Assembly: GCA_964658305.1 (NCBI GenBank) | Contig: OZ210885.1 | Location: forward strand, 7,316,001-7,380,000 | DNA: 64,000 nucleotides | Direction of reading: 5' to 3' | From: Leptogorgia sarmentosa | Taxonomy: Eukaryota | Part shown: positions 1 to 11,159 of the stretch, one piece after another | Numbering within the stretch: the stretch's first letter is position 1 | Layout: every line of letters starts with the position of its first letter | Notes under the pieces: model-generated | Told to the model about the DNA's origin: nothing | The model's input: the letters and a program-made list of their open reading frames with translations, nothing else | Databases searched by the model: none | Position numbers and translations under genes: made by a program

Positions 1-2772
1 TGGTTCAAAGATCTTCAGACAAAAGAAATAGTCACACTTCGATTTACGAGAGCCCTGTTTGGACTTTCTCCATCCCCATTCCTACTCGGCGGCGTGATCC
101 AGCAGCACCTTGAGAAGCACCAACAGCGACACCCGGAAGTTGTGAAAGAAATCAGCAGAAGCCTTTACGTCGACGACTTAGTCAGTGGTGGCGAGACAGT
201 CGAGAAAGTGAGTCAGTTAAAAGAAACCTCCAAAGCGATCTTCAATGACGCAACATTCCAACTACATAAGTGGCATTCCAATATCCCTGCGCTCGAAGTT
301 GAAGAAACCCCACAGTCATCACTAACAGAGGAAACGTTCGCCAAGCAACAATTGGGAGCTCGTTCCGGACAAGCGACGCTACTCGGCCTAGCATGGGACA
401 AAGAACTTGATGTCATTAAGGTAGAGATACCCCAAAATAAAGCACGGCCGACGAAACGAGGGATACTTGGAAAGATCGCCAAAATTTATGATCCTCTTGG
501 TCTGATTTCTCCAATAACATTGCATGGAAAATTCCTTTATCGAGACGCCTGCGATGCGAAACTACCGTGGGACGCAAGCCTACCGCAAGAATTACAAGCG
601 AAATGGTCAACCTGGGAACAAAGTTTGCCAGATCACGTTGGTGCTCCAAGAAGCTTGGTGAAGACCCAAGAACCAATTCAACAAATCGAGCTACACGCAT
701 TTGGAGACGCGAGCGGACAAGGAGTAGCAGCTACAGTCGTGGCAGTTGTGCGGCAAGGCAGTGGCGAATCAAAAGGTCTCGTCGCATCAAAATCGCGATT
801 AGCCAAGAAGAATTTGACCATACCTCGACTGGAGTTGGTGTCTGCACACATGGCGAGCAATCTGGTCGACAATGTCCGACAGGCATTGGAAGGATTTCCC
901 GTGAAAAAGGTGTTCGGCTGGCTAGATAGCACGGTGGCTCTTCACTGGATACGCGGAAACGGCGAGTTCAAGCAATTCGTAGGGAATCGCGTGCGCAAGA
1001 TTCGAGAGAAGGATTACATCCAGTGGAGACACGTTCCCAGCCAAGATAATCCAGCTGACCTTGGAAGTAGAGGAGGACACGTTGATGATGCAAATCGCCT
1101 GTGGTGGGAAGGCCCGGCTTGGCTGTTAACTAAAGAGAATTGGCCACCTGAAATCGTGACGAGTCCCAGCAGAGAATCCTTAGCGGAAACCAAACCAACG
1201 CGAGAAATCTTCAACGTCGCCATCCCACAGCCTGACGAGTTCGAGCAATTATTGAAGAAATGGAATTTGTGGAAAACACTCAGAATATGCGCGTGGGTTT
1301 CGCGGTTCATTCGTAACGTTGCGAAATCCCATCACAGTATCAAAGGTCCACTGGGGACCGAAGAGATTCAAGAACGTGAAGCCTGGTGGATTCGTAAAGT
1401 TCAAACGAGGAACAAAGACTCGCCAGAGTTCGAAGAAGACCGCGCGAGGTTAAACCTCAGGATGACGGATGGCAACCTTAAATGTCACGGCAGAATACAA
1501 GGAGACCTACCAATCTACCTCCCTGACAACGACCTGTATACGGAGAAACTGGTAGAACAGTGTCACCATGAAACCCTCCATGGGGGAGTAAGCCTGACCA
1601 TGACGAAAGTAAGAGAAATCTACTGGATCCCGAGATTGAGGAGACTGACTAAAAGAGTCATAAAGCGGTGCTACGGGTGCAAACGGTTCCAAGCTTTACC
1701 CTTCCCAACTCCACAACCGGGGAAATTACCCAAAGATCGGACGGAAGGAGACGCCCCATTCCAAGTCATAGGAGTTGATTATGCTGGTCCAATCAGATAC
1801 CGGAAACGAGGAAAGAAAGAGGCCAAAGCCTACATAATCGTGTACGCATGTTCGCTGACTCGCGCGTTGTATCTTGAACTAACGAAGACCATGAGCACCG
1901 AAGAATTCCTTGCAACGTTCAAACGGTTCATCGCGCGAAAGGGAAGACCTAAGAAAGTCTACTCGGATACCGCGAAGACATTTGCAGCCGGAGCAAAGTG
2001 GTTGAAACAAGTTATGAATGATGAAAAGTTCAATAATTTCCTCGCAAAGATGTCGATCAAGTGGCAGTTCAACCTAAGTCGAGCGCCGTGGTGGGGCGGC
2101 CAATACGAGAGACTGATCGGAGTCGTGAAGCAAGCCTTATACAAAACTATTGGGAACGGATTCTTATCCTGGACGGAGTTGGAGGACGTAATTTTGGACG
2201 TCGAAGTGGCACTAAATAATCGGCCGCTTAGTTACGTGGAAGATGATCTACAGCTGCCAGTACTCACACCGAATGCATTACAGTTTTGTCAACCAAACGT
2301 TTTGCCAGAGCTACCGGAACACCATGTTGAGAACCACGACCTTCGTAAGAGGGCGAAACATCTCCGGAGATGTAAAGACGCGTTATGGGGGAGATGGTCG
2401 TCAGAATATCTGAAGGCTCTGCGAGAACGACATAACATGAAACACGGAAATAAAACCTTAAGTTTAAAGATCGGAGACGTCGTTATTGTGAAAGGTGAAG
2501 AAAGGAACCGGGGAAAGTGGAAAATCGGAATCGCGGAGCGGTTTATCATCGGTAAGGACGGTACAGTACGGGGAGCTGAGGTACGAGTCGGGGCAGAACG
2601 GACGCTAGAGCGCGCAGTTCAACATCTATACCCACTGGAGCTTTCCTGTGATACAGATAAGAAATCGAAGACAACGCTGAATGTTGACGTACCAGAATTC
2701 CGGCCAACGCGAAATGCTGCAGCAGTAGCAAAATGTCGGATTCAAGATACTATGGACGGAGAAGAGTCATAA
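1..2772 (+). CDS. pol: BEL/Pao LTR retrotransposon Pol, 5'-truncated by the window edge (RT C-terminus, Pao RNase H, integrase zinc finger and core, DUF5641-like tail)
   Basis: Frame open from base 1 to TAA at 2770-2772; motifs FGLSPSPF, YVDD, YDPLG, LHAFGDAS, TIPRLEL, DSTVAL, NPADLGSRG, GVDYAGP, APWWGGQYERL. Confidence 0.96.
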   Translation, partial: WFKDLQTKEIVTLRFTRALFGLSPSPFLLGGVIQQHLEKHQQRHPEVVKEISRSLYVDDLVSGGETVEKVSQLKETSKAIFNDATFQLHKWHSNIPALEVEETPQSSLTEETFAKQQLGARSGQATLLGLAWDKELDVIKVEIPQNKARPTKRGILGKIAKIYDPLGLISPITLHGKFLYRDACDAKLPWDASLPQELQAKWSTWEQSLPDHVGAPRSLVKTQEPIQQIELHAFGDASGQGVAATVVAVVRQGSGESKGLVASKSRLAKKNLTIPRLELVSAHMASNLVDNVRQALEGFPVKKVFGWLDSTVALHWIRGNGEFKQFVGNRVRKIREKDYIQWRHVPSQDNPADLGSRGGHVDDANRLWWEGPAWLLTKENWPPEIVTSPSRESLAETKPTREIFNVAIPQPDEFEQLLKKWNLWKTLRICAWVSRFIRNVAKSHHSIKGPLGTEEIQEREAWWIRKVQTRNKDSPEFEEDRARLNLRMTDGNLKCHGRIQGDLPIYLPDNDLYTEKLVEQCHHETLHGGVSLTMTKVREIYWIPRLRRLTKRVIKRCYGCKRFQALPFPTPQPGKLPKDRTEGDAPFQVIGVDYAGPIRYRKRGKKEAKAYIIVYACSLTRALYLELTKTMSTEEFLATFKRFIARKGRPKKVYSDTAKTFAAGAKWLKQVMNDEKFNNFLAKMSIKWQFNLSRAPWWGGQYERLIGVVKQALYKTIGNGFLSWTELEDVILDVEVALNNRPLSYVEDDLQLPVLTPNALQFCQPNVLPELPEHHVENHDLRKRAKHLRRCKDALWGRWSSEYLKALRERHNMKHGNKTLSLKIGDVVIVKGEERNRGKWKIGIAERFIIGKDGTVRGAEVRVGAERTLERAVQHLYPLELSCDTDKKSKTTLNVDVPEFRPTRNAAAVAKCRIQDTMDGEES

Positions 2773-2981
2773 ACTCTTAAGACTACCCAATATTTGAATC
2801 CTTCATATACAGAATATAACTATATAGCCACATTATCAGTACATAAATGAACAATATAGCGGACACTTTAGAGACTTAAAATATATAATCCAAGTTGTTT
2901 TGTTTGTATAGTTGAGGTAAAATTACACACATCGGACGGTGACATGGACAATTCATCATATTCGTTTCTCCGCAAACGAAT

Positions 2982-2989
2982 AGGGGGAG
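2982..2989 (+). promoter_or_regulatory. Polypurine tract of the BEL element
   Basis: AGGGGGAG immediately before the TGT start of the LTR. Confidence 0.8.
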
Positions 2990-2991
2990 TG

Positions 2992-3210
2992 TGTCGGGGA
3001 CTGTCGTAATATTAACTAATTAAATCCAATTAATAATTAGCAATCATCTCGTATAAGTGCATGTCAGAGAGAGGACACAGAAGTCTTAAGCGTGATAGCG
3101 TGATTACAGAAGGGAGTGATTTGGGAGCTGTGATTTTGTATTGAATAAAATTATATAAAACTATTGTGAGTGTGTTGGTTCAACAAAGGCCTCGGACGGC
3201 ATTCCCAACA
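2992..3210 (+). repeat. 3' LTR of the BEL/Pao element (about 219 bp)
   Basis: Starts TGTCGGGG, ends TCCCAACA (short imperfect inverted termini); TATAAG near 3052; AATAAA at 3144-3149. Confidence 0.8.
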
Positions 3211-4681
3211 CAAAAACGTAACCATTAGAATATATCGTAGCTAATACATCAATTAACAGTATACATTTTACTGTCTTTCATGAAATTCAAATAAAAGATA
3301 CGCGCCTTTTGGCAAATTTGCACATATTACTATCACTACATAATATTATGCGTTAGTAAGAGCTAATTAGATCTGCTCTATAGATGTCAGCACTGGTCTT
3401 CTTAATTAACGCAGATATTTCACTGCAACGAAGTTTAAATTTTGCTGTTGTTGGCATGTCAAGTTCTGTATGCATATACAGTATAATCCCAATATCTCAA
3501 CAAAAATTTGTTGGAGATAGCGGGAGTTCGACATAGCGAGGGTTGATATAAATGTACTATGAGTTTCAACGGAACTGGCTTTCAGTTCGCGAGATAACGC
3601 AAGATTCGAGATAACCGAGTTCAATTATAGTGGGGTTTAAGGTATGTACAAAATATGTCAACGCCGAACAGTCCGTATAGTATATAATGACCAAAATTCA
3701 TGCAACAACTATGGAAAGCCATTGCTGTCTTAAGTGATCAAATGTTATTTTATTCTGCGCTTACATAATTCTGCGCTTACATATTACGCGGTGCTTTAAT
3801 CATAATGCACGGTGCTTACCCGATCATATACAACATTATAGATGACCAACACATGATGATCACCATCTTGCATGTTTCAAATTCGGATTTTATTTTATTG
3901 CGGTCATTAATGTGATCAACCTTTTTATTTGTATGATTATATGGTCGCGGTGCCTTGTTTCATTGATTTTAATTACTCCATTTTACATTGGTCTGAAACT
4001 ATTTTTGAACCAACCACGGCGTGTCTGATAACAAACACATTGTATGGGTTTCGTATATCACTGACCTTGTATTTAGCTTATAAACACAAAAATCAATATA
4101 CATTTTCAATATAAATTCGCGGGTATATGATTAATGCCGCGTTGTAGCATATGTATATCCTACACATATAGCTTCTGTCTCAGATTGGAGTTATAAAGCT
4201 AAATTTTGAATCAATGTTGTTGCCATTTGCATTTCTCGAGTTTTAAAGCTTGCTCACAAAAGCGTTTGACTGAATGACTGTGTCGATAAACGTTTCAAAG
4301 TATACCGTTTGAACGGCTTCACGAAAACGTTTTTCAAACCGTTAAAATTTTTGGGATTTTCCGTTAAATTTTTTTGCCGATATCGTTCGAACGTTTTCAA
4401 AGATCGTTGAAACGTTTTCACAAAGCGTTTGCTATCCGTTCGTTTACCGTTTGTTTTGCCGTTTCAACGAAAAATCGTTAACGTATGAAATCCCATGGAA
4501 GGTCACATATGGAAAAACTCGTAATTATATCCATGATTGAACATGAGTAAAATTGATATTTTATGATATCATCCTCCTTTGCCCAAAACTATTTTATTCC
4601 CACAAACTATTTCATGATGGACAGACTTTTTGCATTGGTTTCCAAATTCCTGATAATTTTTCAATCGTTAAAGAACTTCTA

Positions 4682-5268
4682 CAGGGTGTCTCAAAAAAAA
4701 AGGTAATCGAACTTTAGCATGCCATTGTGCGTTAATTACTGGGTGTACGAACGTGATTTTTGCATGGTCATAAAGATCAAGGTCTTAGCAGTTGAATGAC
4801 ATATTTTTTGTACGATATGGAAGAAAATCAGGCAAATGCGAGCGTGTTGAAAAATCTTGGTGAAAAACGCATTCTTTCACCTCTGTGCCTAATTAAAGCA
4901 GTGCATAACAAAAGAAAAATGCAATTCATCATGAATGTGTCATGGTAACAAAGATTTTATCAGGATTATTAATAATTATGCATAATCAGGTCGATTGTTG
5001 AAGGGAAGGTCGTCATCTTCGAGTCCCAGAGGGAGCGAATTTTGAATAAGTTTAGCTGCAATTCTCAGAGGTGAAAGAATGCGTTTTTCACCGAGATTTT
5101 TCAACACGCTCGCATTTGATTGATTTTCTTCCATATCGTACAACAAATATGTCATTCAACTGCTAAGACCTTGATCTTTATGACCATGCAAAAATCACGT
5201 TCGTACACCCAGTAATTAACGCACAATGGCATGCCAAAGTTGGATTACCTTTTTTTTGAGACACCCTG
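4682..5268. mobile_element. Tc1/mariner-type MITE with about 204-bp TIRs and TA TSD
   Basis: CAGGGTGTCTC...GAGACACCCTG; arms 4682-4885 and 5066-5268; TA at 4680-4681 and 5269-5270; the paralogous site near 43600 is empty with a single TA. Confidence 0.93.
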
Positions 5269-5443
5269 TATAACACAGCCCACAGGATCGCTTTTGTAAC
5301 TAAAATAAGAAATTCACCTTCGCACCAATTGTTCTTCGTTGATTATTTTTTTCAACTAAATATGACACGGAAAATGGACAGTGCAAGAGAAATGTAATAT
5401 AATTCACCACCTTATACAATGTTTTAATTCGTCTGTTTGATCT

Positions 5444-5515
5444 AGGTTCTGCCGAGACTTGAACTCGGATCGCTGGATTCAAAGTCCAAAGTGCTAACCA
5501 TTACACCACAGAACC
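5444..5515 (-). tRNA. trnQ-UUG: tRNA-Gln(TTG)
   Basis: GGTTCTGTGGTGTAATGGTTAGCACTTTGGACTTTGAATCCAGCGATCCGAGTTCAAGTCTCGGCAGAACCT; complete cloverleaf. Confidence 0.93.
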
Positions 5516-5634
5516 TTAAGGGGTTGGTGTCAAAGTTCCGAATGGTTTAATGCTTGTTCCTTTCTTTGATATCGTAAGACATCTCTTTAAACGAGGTGGA
5601 TGTTTAAGGGAAATTATATTGTCTGCAGGTCACA

Positions 5635-5716
5635 GGTAGCGTGGCCGAGTGGTCTAAGGCGCTGGCTTTAGGCACCAGTCATTTCGATGACGTGGGTTCG
5701 AATCCCACCGCTGCCA
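5635..5716 (+). tRNA. trnL-UAG: tRNA-Leu(TAG), one anticodon-stem mismatch
   Basis: GGTAGCGTGGCCGAGTGGTCTAAGGCG...TTTAGGC...GGTTCGAATCCCACCGCTGCCA; long variable arm. Confidence 0.88.
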
Positions 5717-6166
5717 AATTTTCGTTGTTCATGGCTGTATTCGTTTATTAACGATTCACTATTCGTTCATAATTTAACCCACAACGGAAGAAAGTATAAT
5801 GAATATTTTCTAATTTTACTCTCTTTTGCGTGCTGACACGATTAATAAAGATCTAATTCCAGCACAGTAAAACTATATTCGCGATAGCCTGGAAAACCTT
5901 CGAAACCATGAATAATGGCAAAAACTATTTGATCGTGGAAAGAGTTTTTCCATTGGTTTTTAAATTCTTGATTTTCACTCCTTTATAACTTCATTGGTTA
6001 AAAGAGCTTTAACAGAGTGTACCTTTTTTAAAATAACCCACCTAGACCCCCACCTAGTGCCGACCGTTTTCAAATGTTGGTGGATATATTTAACACGAAT
6101 CGTAGGTCAGTTGTAGATGGATGTGAATGTTCATTAATAAACAACGTGTAACCGGTTGGATGTAGC

Positions 6167-6248
6167 AAAGTCGTGGCCGAGCGGTTAAGGCGACAGACTA
6201 GAAATCTGTTGGGAGTTTCCCGCGCAGGTTCAAATTCTGCCGACTACG
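6167..6248 (+). tRNA. trnS-AGA: tRNA-Ser(AGA), probable pseudogene
   Basis: Matches the copy at 40942-41023, but a 3-nt deletion removes the first two acceptor bases and the T-stem has a C>T change. Confidence 0.8.
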
Positions 6249-6551
6249 TTATGCAAAGTCTATAAAATTTTGGCCTCGAATATAAACAAGATTTTTTTGG
6301 GGAAAAACCGGATGACAGGGAGTTCCGGTTCTCGGTGGTGGGGGCTGAGTGTTTAAAGTGACAGATTCAAGGTCCAAGTTTTCCATCTACAAAATCAACG
6401 GAAAGAAGTCGCGTTTTTTATTGTATTAAGGTTATGAAACATCCAAGAAAGATTTTGTATTTGAATGTAAAATTGAAAAAAAAGAGGTCCGTGAATTGAT
6501 GATAGCTGCGTTTGAAATTATATGTACGTTAATTACCTAATAGAGCACACA

Positions 6552-6623
6552 GGGAGTGTAGCTCAGTGGTAGAGCATTCGACTGCAGATCGAGAGGTCGG
6601 TGGTTCAAACCCGCCCGTTCCTT
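6552..6623 (+). tRNA. trnC-GCA: tRNA-Cys(GCA)
   Basis: GGGAGTGTAGCTCAGTGGTAGAGCATTCGACTGCAGATCGAGAGGTCGGTGGTTCAAACCCGCC...; several G:T pairs in the acceptor stem. Confidence 0.85.
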
Positions 6624-6751
6624 CTTATCATACATATAAACTGGAAACCTTTCAAATTCCTCAAAGCAGGCTGATGGGAAATATGTCACCCAAACGGTTA
6701 TGATGTATATACTACGATTCGTGTTAAATATATCCACCAATACTTGAAAAC

Positions 6752-6772
6752 GTTCGAATCCTGGTCTCGGCA
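6752..6772 (+). pseudogene. 3' remnant of tRNA-His
   Basis: GTTCGAATCCTGGTCTCGGCA resembles the invertebrate tRNA-His T-arm and acceptor end; the 5' part is deleted. Confidence 0.55.
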
Positions 6773-6939
6773 TCTGTGTCAAACAGCAAAAAGTATTGTA
6801 TTCACCATTTCGAGCATCGTCACCGTTGAAGTTCTGTTTATTATTGCCGTTGGATGTGCCTTGGCAAAAAATCAGATTTTGTCCAAAAATAATATCCATT
6901 ATTTTTATATTTCTTTTCGGAAGGATTTCAATGGAGTCG

Positions 6940-6947
6940 GTCTCTCA

Positions 6948-6983
<36 letters not shown>

Positions 6984-7013
6984 GGATTGTTGGTTCGAGT
7001 CCAACCAGGGACG
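6940..7013 (+). tRNA. trnN-GUU: tRNA-Asn(GTT), degenerate copy
   Basis: Paralog of 45239-45312 with positions 7-8 changed GT>CA (loss of invariant U8). Confidence 0.82.
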
Positions 7014-7135
7014 TGTTTGGTGTGATGGTATTCAGACGTCGTGACGGTAAATGTAATCGAAATTTTTGCGCGGGGGTTTCTAAGGATTTATGGAATCTAT
7101 CAAAGAAGAGAACGTCTTACTTGGGTAATTAACTA

Positions 7136-7207
7136 GGGCTTGCACGGGAATCGAACCCGTGACCTCTCGCACCCAAAGCGAGAATCATACCACTAGACCA
7201 GCAAGCC
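7136..7207 (-). tRNA. trnP-UGG: tRNA-Pro(TGG)
   Basis: GGCTTGCTGGTCTAGTGGTATGATTCTCGCTTTGGGTGCGAGAGGTCACGGGTTCGATTCCCGTGCAAGCCC; all stems pair. Confidence 0.93.
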
Positions 7208-7517
7208 ATTGATGATATCAAATTGTTTTGTAATGTATTTTGTAGTGACGAAAAAAAATTTGGGATTAATGTTTCCAAAACATTTTCCAATCGATCTTCC
7301 CGGAAAAAACAGATTTTGGTGAAAAAATAGTATGCATTGTTGCTGTATTTTTACGACCCAGAGGGTTAAGATGGATATACTACCATTCGTGTTAATTATA
7401 TCCACTAATACTTGAAAACGATCAGTCCTGCTGTTAATTACTGCAATATTTTGTTGGATTTTACTGGCAGATTGAAGATTCATTCATTTCGAAGTACAAG
7501 CCAAGATTATTGCCAAT

Positions 7518-7599
7518 GTAGTCGTGGCCGAGTGGTTAAGGCGACAGACTGGAAATCTGTTGGGAAATTCCCGCGCAGCTTCAAATCCTGCCGACTACG
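7518..7599 (+). tRNA. tRNA-Ser with GGA anticodon, probable pseudogene
   Basis: Ser-type body GTAGTCGTGGCCGAGTGGTTAAGGCG; loop CT-GGA-AA; G53>C breaks the T-stem and B box. Confidence 0.8.
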
Positions 7600-7727
7600 G
7601 AAAAGCGATTTTTTCTAGAATGTAGCTATTTGGCAAAATTAATAGCGTAGTAGCGCTGTTAAAATGGTTTGGTTTCAGAGAACGAGTTTGAACGCACGCT
7701 GATTCAAATTGAAATTTTCAGAATAGA

Positions 7728-7799
7728 TTCCCACGCCGGGAATCGAACCCAGGCCAAGGCGGTGAAAACGCCAGATCCTAACCACTAGACCACATGGAG
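7728..7799 (-). tRNA. trnE-UUC: tRNA-Glu(TTC), degenerate
   Basis: ...CCATGTGGTCTAGTGGTTAGGATCTGGCGTTTTCACCGCC...GGTTCGATTCCCGGCGTGGGAA; mismatches in acceptor and anticodon stems. Confidence 0.82.
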
Positions 7800-7888
7800 T
7801 GATAACTTGTTGACTAATCCTGTGCTGCCAAGCCAGTTCTTTTCTCGTGTTGAAGTTGAAATTGAAATGCAACAAAATGAAAATAATC

Positions 7889-7921
7889 TGCGTTAGCGGG
7901 GGAATCGAACCGCGGTCTCCC
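7889..7921 (-). pseudogene. 3' half remnant of tRNA-Gly
   Basis: TGCGTTAGCGGGGGAATCGAACCGCGGTCTCC, with the same flank as the Gly copy at 44786. Confidence 0.65.
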
Positions 7922-7998
7922 CCAACAAATAACCCTGACCGTATCACTAATCTAGGCTCAACCTATTACAGTTGTTCATATATCGAGAAAGGGCCTAA

Positions 7999-8431
7999 GG
8001 GCCTGTTTATATGAGAGGCGGGACGGGACGTTTGCCGAGACGTAAACAAAGGCGGGACAATATCAAGGTCTCGCAAAATGCTTATTTTCCTCCGTCAACA
8101 TTGATGTTAATAATTCATTCTATACTCGCATTTCACCGTACTTGAATGTTATTTTATGACCTCAACAAGAAGAGAGAAAATTGGGCCATATAATTGAAAT
8201 TATTGTTGAAATAAAAAATTGACATTGTTCCGGTCAGGAGGGATGGAGCATTTATATGGAAAAAATCGCCCCGCTTAAGGCGGGATCCCGCCTGACCGGG
8301 ACGGGATGAAAAACGTCTCGGCTCCATATAAACAGATCATATTAATAATAGCAAAGTGTATAAAGGCCGGGATCCCGTTAAACGTCCGGTCCCGGCAAAC
8401 ATCCCGTACCGGCTCTCATATAAACAGCCCC
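7999..8431. mobile_element. PIF/Harbinger-type MITE
   Basis: TIR GGG(C/G)CTGTTTATATGAGAG; TAA on both sides (7996-7998 and 8432-8434); GGGAC subterminal repeats. Confidence 0.85.
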
Positions 8432-8581
8432 TAAAAATCTGTCAAGTACTAATAACTGGAATAAACTTGAAAGTTCAAAATAACATTCTTCAACATCATC
8501 TACAACAGTTTGTTTTCATGTTTTCAGTACAACAATCCGAATTTTTGGCTTCGAAATTCGCTGCAAGCTGCGCGTCGTGCA

Positions 8582-9295
8582 GCAATCTTTTTTTTCCGTA
8601 GACAGTCGGACACCTCAGTGATGGTCGGGCATATCATTACAAGGCCGTGAGAAGCAAATATACATTGGAGGGGGAGGGGGGAGGGGCTGGGGGGGGGGAC
8701 TGGGGGGGGGGCTCGCCAGAAGCCTCAGCACTAGGCGCAAAGCGTTCGCGCAGCTAGGGGTATGTCCCCCGTAGAAAATTTTGAAGTCTAGAACCCCCGA
8801 AAATATGATTTCCAGCGTTTTGGGAAGCACATTTTTTAGAATTCTGAAGATCAGGTTCGCATTTTTTCTAGACTGAGTGTTTTGTTTTGGCTTGTATGTA
8901 CATGTAAAAAATATTGGGGGGGCTTAAGCCCCCCCCCCAGCCACCCCAGCCACACCCCCCCCCCGCCCCCCCCCCGCCCCCCCCGCTTCCGACGGCCTTG
9001 CATTATTATTATATTAACATTAGCATTAGGAATAAGCATTATTGATTTTGATGAATAAGATTTTGAATCTAAGACCTGGCAGCTTGAGCGGTTGGTGTAG
9101 TGGTAAGCATGCGGACTGATCCCCATATAAGGGCGTTATTTTTTTCGCCCGCTTTTTTCCATTCAGCCAAAGATATTTGAGCGATTTATTTTAAAATACA
9201 GCCGTACTTACGATTTTCTTTCAAAATGTTATTTATGTTCAAGGTTGGGGTCAGAATTGCCGTTTGGGTAAGTGTTAGTATTGTCAGTTGATGTT
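8582..9295 (+). mobile_element. Truncated reverse-orientation copy of Mutator-like MITE family C (see 22122-22540)
   Basis: GCAATCTTTTTTTTCCGTAGACAGTCGGACACCTC terminus; 9001-9290 aligns to the reverse complement of about 22205-22503; tRNA-like module at about 9078-9125 with an internal deletion. Confidence 0.8.
8640..9000. mobile_element. hAT-type MITE with poly-G/poly-C arms, nested in the family C copy
   Basis: CAAGGCCGT...ACGGCCTTG; imperfect 8-bp TSD TATCATTA/CATTATTA. Confidence 0.75.
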
Positions 9296-9829
9296 TGATG
9301 TAGCACTTTTGAATGTTGGATGCGTTCAAATTTCTTGTGAGGCTCGGGAGGCTTGCGACATCCTGTAAAGTGGTTGAGGGCAAAGCCCGATTTTAATTAG
9401 TACCAGGCATGTCGGAAAGAAATTGGTACTGGGTAAGGGTGACAGGGGTGGGGTGTTTGATTGCTGTCAGCTTAGATGGTCAGTGGTAACTATATTATTC
9501 CGTGGAAACAAGTCCTAGTTACCATTCCTCAAAATTAATTTGTTTACACTAGACTCTGGGACCATCGGGGACAAGTACTTTGTATTGCCCTAGACCAACT
9601 AGCATACCTCATATTTTTTCACGTTTTTATTCCGTAATGACATACAATTCAATTTTCTGTAACTACTTAAACATGATTAAATAAGCTACCTAAACGATTC
9701 AAAAAGATTCAACGTTCTGAACAGGAGTACGACATAGAGCTTTTACAAAAAACTTGCAGTTTCCAGCTAGCAGTTCTATAATTTCCATCCAGTCTAAACT
9801 GGAGTAACTACGCATGGGTGAATTAAAAA

Positions 9830-10173
9830 TTAGATTCCGGTTTCTTCCTGCATTACGTACACATCAGCGACTTGATTCAGATGTGCATAAGAACGATCAT
9901 CGTATTCTTCCACACCAGACCTATTGAGTCCTGTATAGGACTGTTCATCATTAACTTGCTCGTATGTGCTCGCGTTCATTCTCTCGGGATCGTCAGGAAC
10001 GTTTTCTAAATTATTCCCGTTTTCTGTTGTTTTCTGTTCTGCCTCAGTAGTTGGTGATTTCAGACGGTTTTGATAAACCAAATAAGCAACGAGAACAAGT
10101 GAAATGACGATCACTATAGCCAAGGAGGCAACAATTCCAACAAGATATCTTTCGGTACTGTCGTTTTTGTCAC
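9830..10173 (-). CDS. Receptor gene exon 11: transmembrane helix and Tyr-motif cytoplasmic tail
   Basis: ttcag acceptor; YLVGIVASLAIVIVISLVLVAYLVY; STYEQV, SYTGL, SYAHL; ends ETGI-stop. Confidence 0.88.
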
Positions 10174-10510
10174 CTGAAATGATCACAAAATACTTTCTGA
10201 CTGATACAAAAATAAAACTACGACAACAATCTACGAAACGTCATGTTCCGAAAATTTGAAATAGGATAACAGTTTAATTGTTGATTAGTGAGACGAGGGT
10301 TTTCTTCATGCATGCATTTTTAGTAATAAAATTATGTCTCATGTTACGAAATCGTCGCCCGGACTGATGAAAGTCTAATATTTGCAAAATTTACTCATGG
10401 AGGATGAACTCTAATGACATGAAAGTTATTGTTGAATTGCCAAAATAATTTTTCTTACAACGCATTTTATGTATTCAGAGTAAATACGAAATTACTCGAA
10501 AAGCAAATAC

Positions 10511-10559
10511 CTGTGTCTGTTCTTGAAGTAGAACTCCAGTCTGTGGAGTAATAATCACC
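10511..10559 (-). CDS. Receptor gene exon 10 (GDYYSTDWSSTSRTDT)
   Basis: AG/GT boundaries; phase 0 to 1 fits both neighbours; YSTDWS resembles an RPTP juxtamembrane motif. Confidence 0.8.
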
Positions 10560-10651
10560 CTATAACAAAGAAGATGGTAATGGAATAGGGTTATCCAAAA
10601 TTAATTATTTCTGGCTACCCACGTTAACGTTACCAATGGAGAAGAAGCTAC

Positions 10652-10943
10652 CTTATCATTTACAATAATCCTCTGAAAAATTTTATAACTGCTACCAGGC
10701 TCCAGTGGTCCGTTAAAATAATCATTCGTCGTTCGCGAAGCTGGATCATCTGTAATTCTTCCATCACCAAGTATAAATGTATTGTCATCAACACGGCTGG
10801 ACGTAACTACTGCCGCAACATAAGGTTTTGGTTTCGTTTTATTTTGCATCGCAGAATAAGTCACTAAATCAATGTCATCGTAAGTGTCTGGTGGGGCAAT
10901 TGTTTGATCATCTGTTAATTTCAAAGCCACTACGTAGAAATAC
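10652..10943 (-). CDS. Receptor gene exon 9: RPTP-like juxtamembrane domain
   Basis: YFYVVAL...KPYVAAVV...FILGDG...YFNGPLEPGSSYKIFQR; AG/GT boundaries. Confidence 0.88.
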
Positions 10944-11159
10944 CTGTAGAAAATTATGTATATTCAAATTGCTGTCAAACCATGAGAGCTAAAGAACGTC
11001 TTTGCTAGCACCTTCTAACATAATTTTGTCAAAAAATGTAAATATGATCAAATCTTTATTGCATGTGAAGATATTATAAAAACTTCTAGTCAATTCTCAG
11101 AAACCTTAGTCATTTCAGGGAAGTAAGAACGTTGAGGTGCCATCATGGTTGGCGCCGAG

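Noticed and set aside
4300..4485. AACGTT/CCGTT-rich stretch
   Set aside because: Probably the subterminal-repeat fragment of a MITE; no ends definable
8668..8985. Poly-G/poly-C tracts as functional G-quadruplex elements
   Set aside because: Part of common MITE arms; homopolymer lengths are also error-prone
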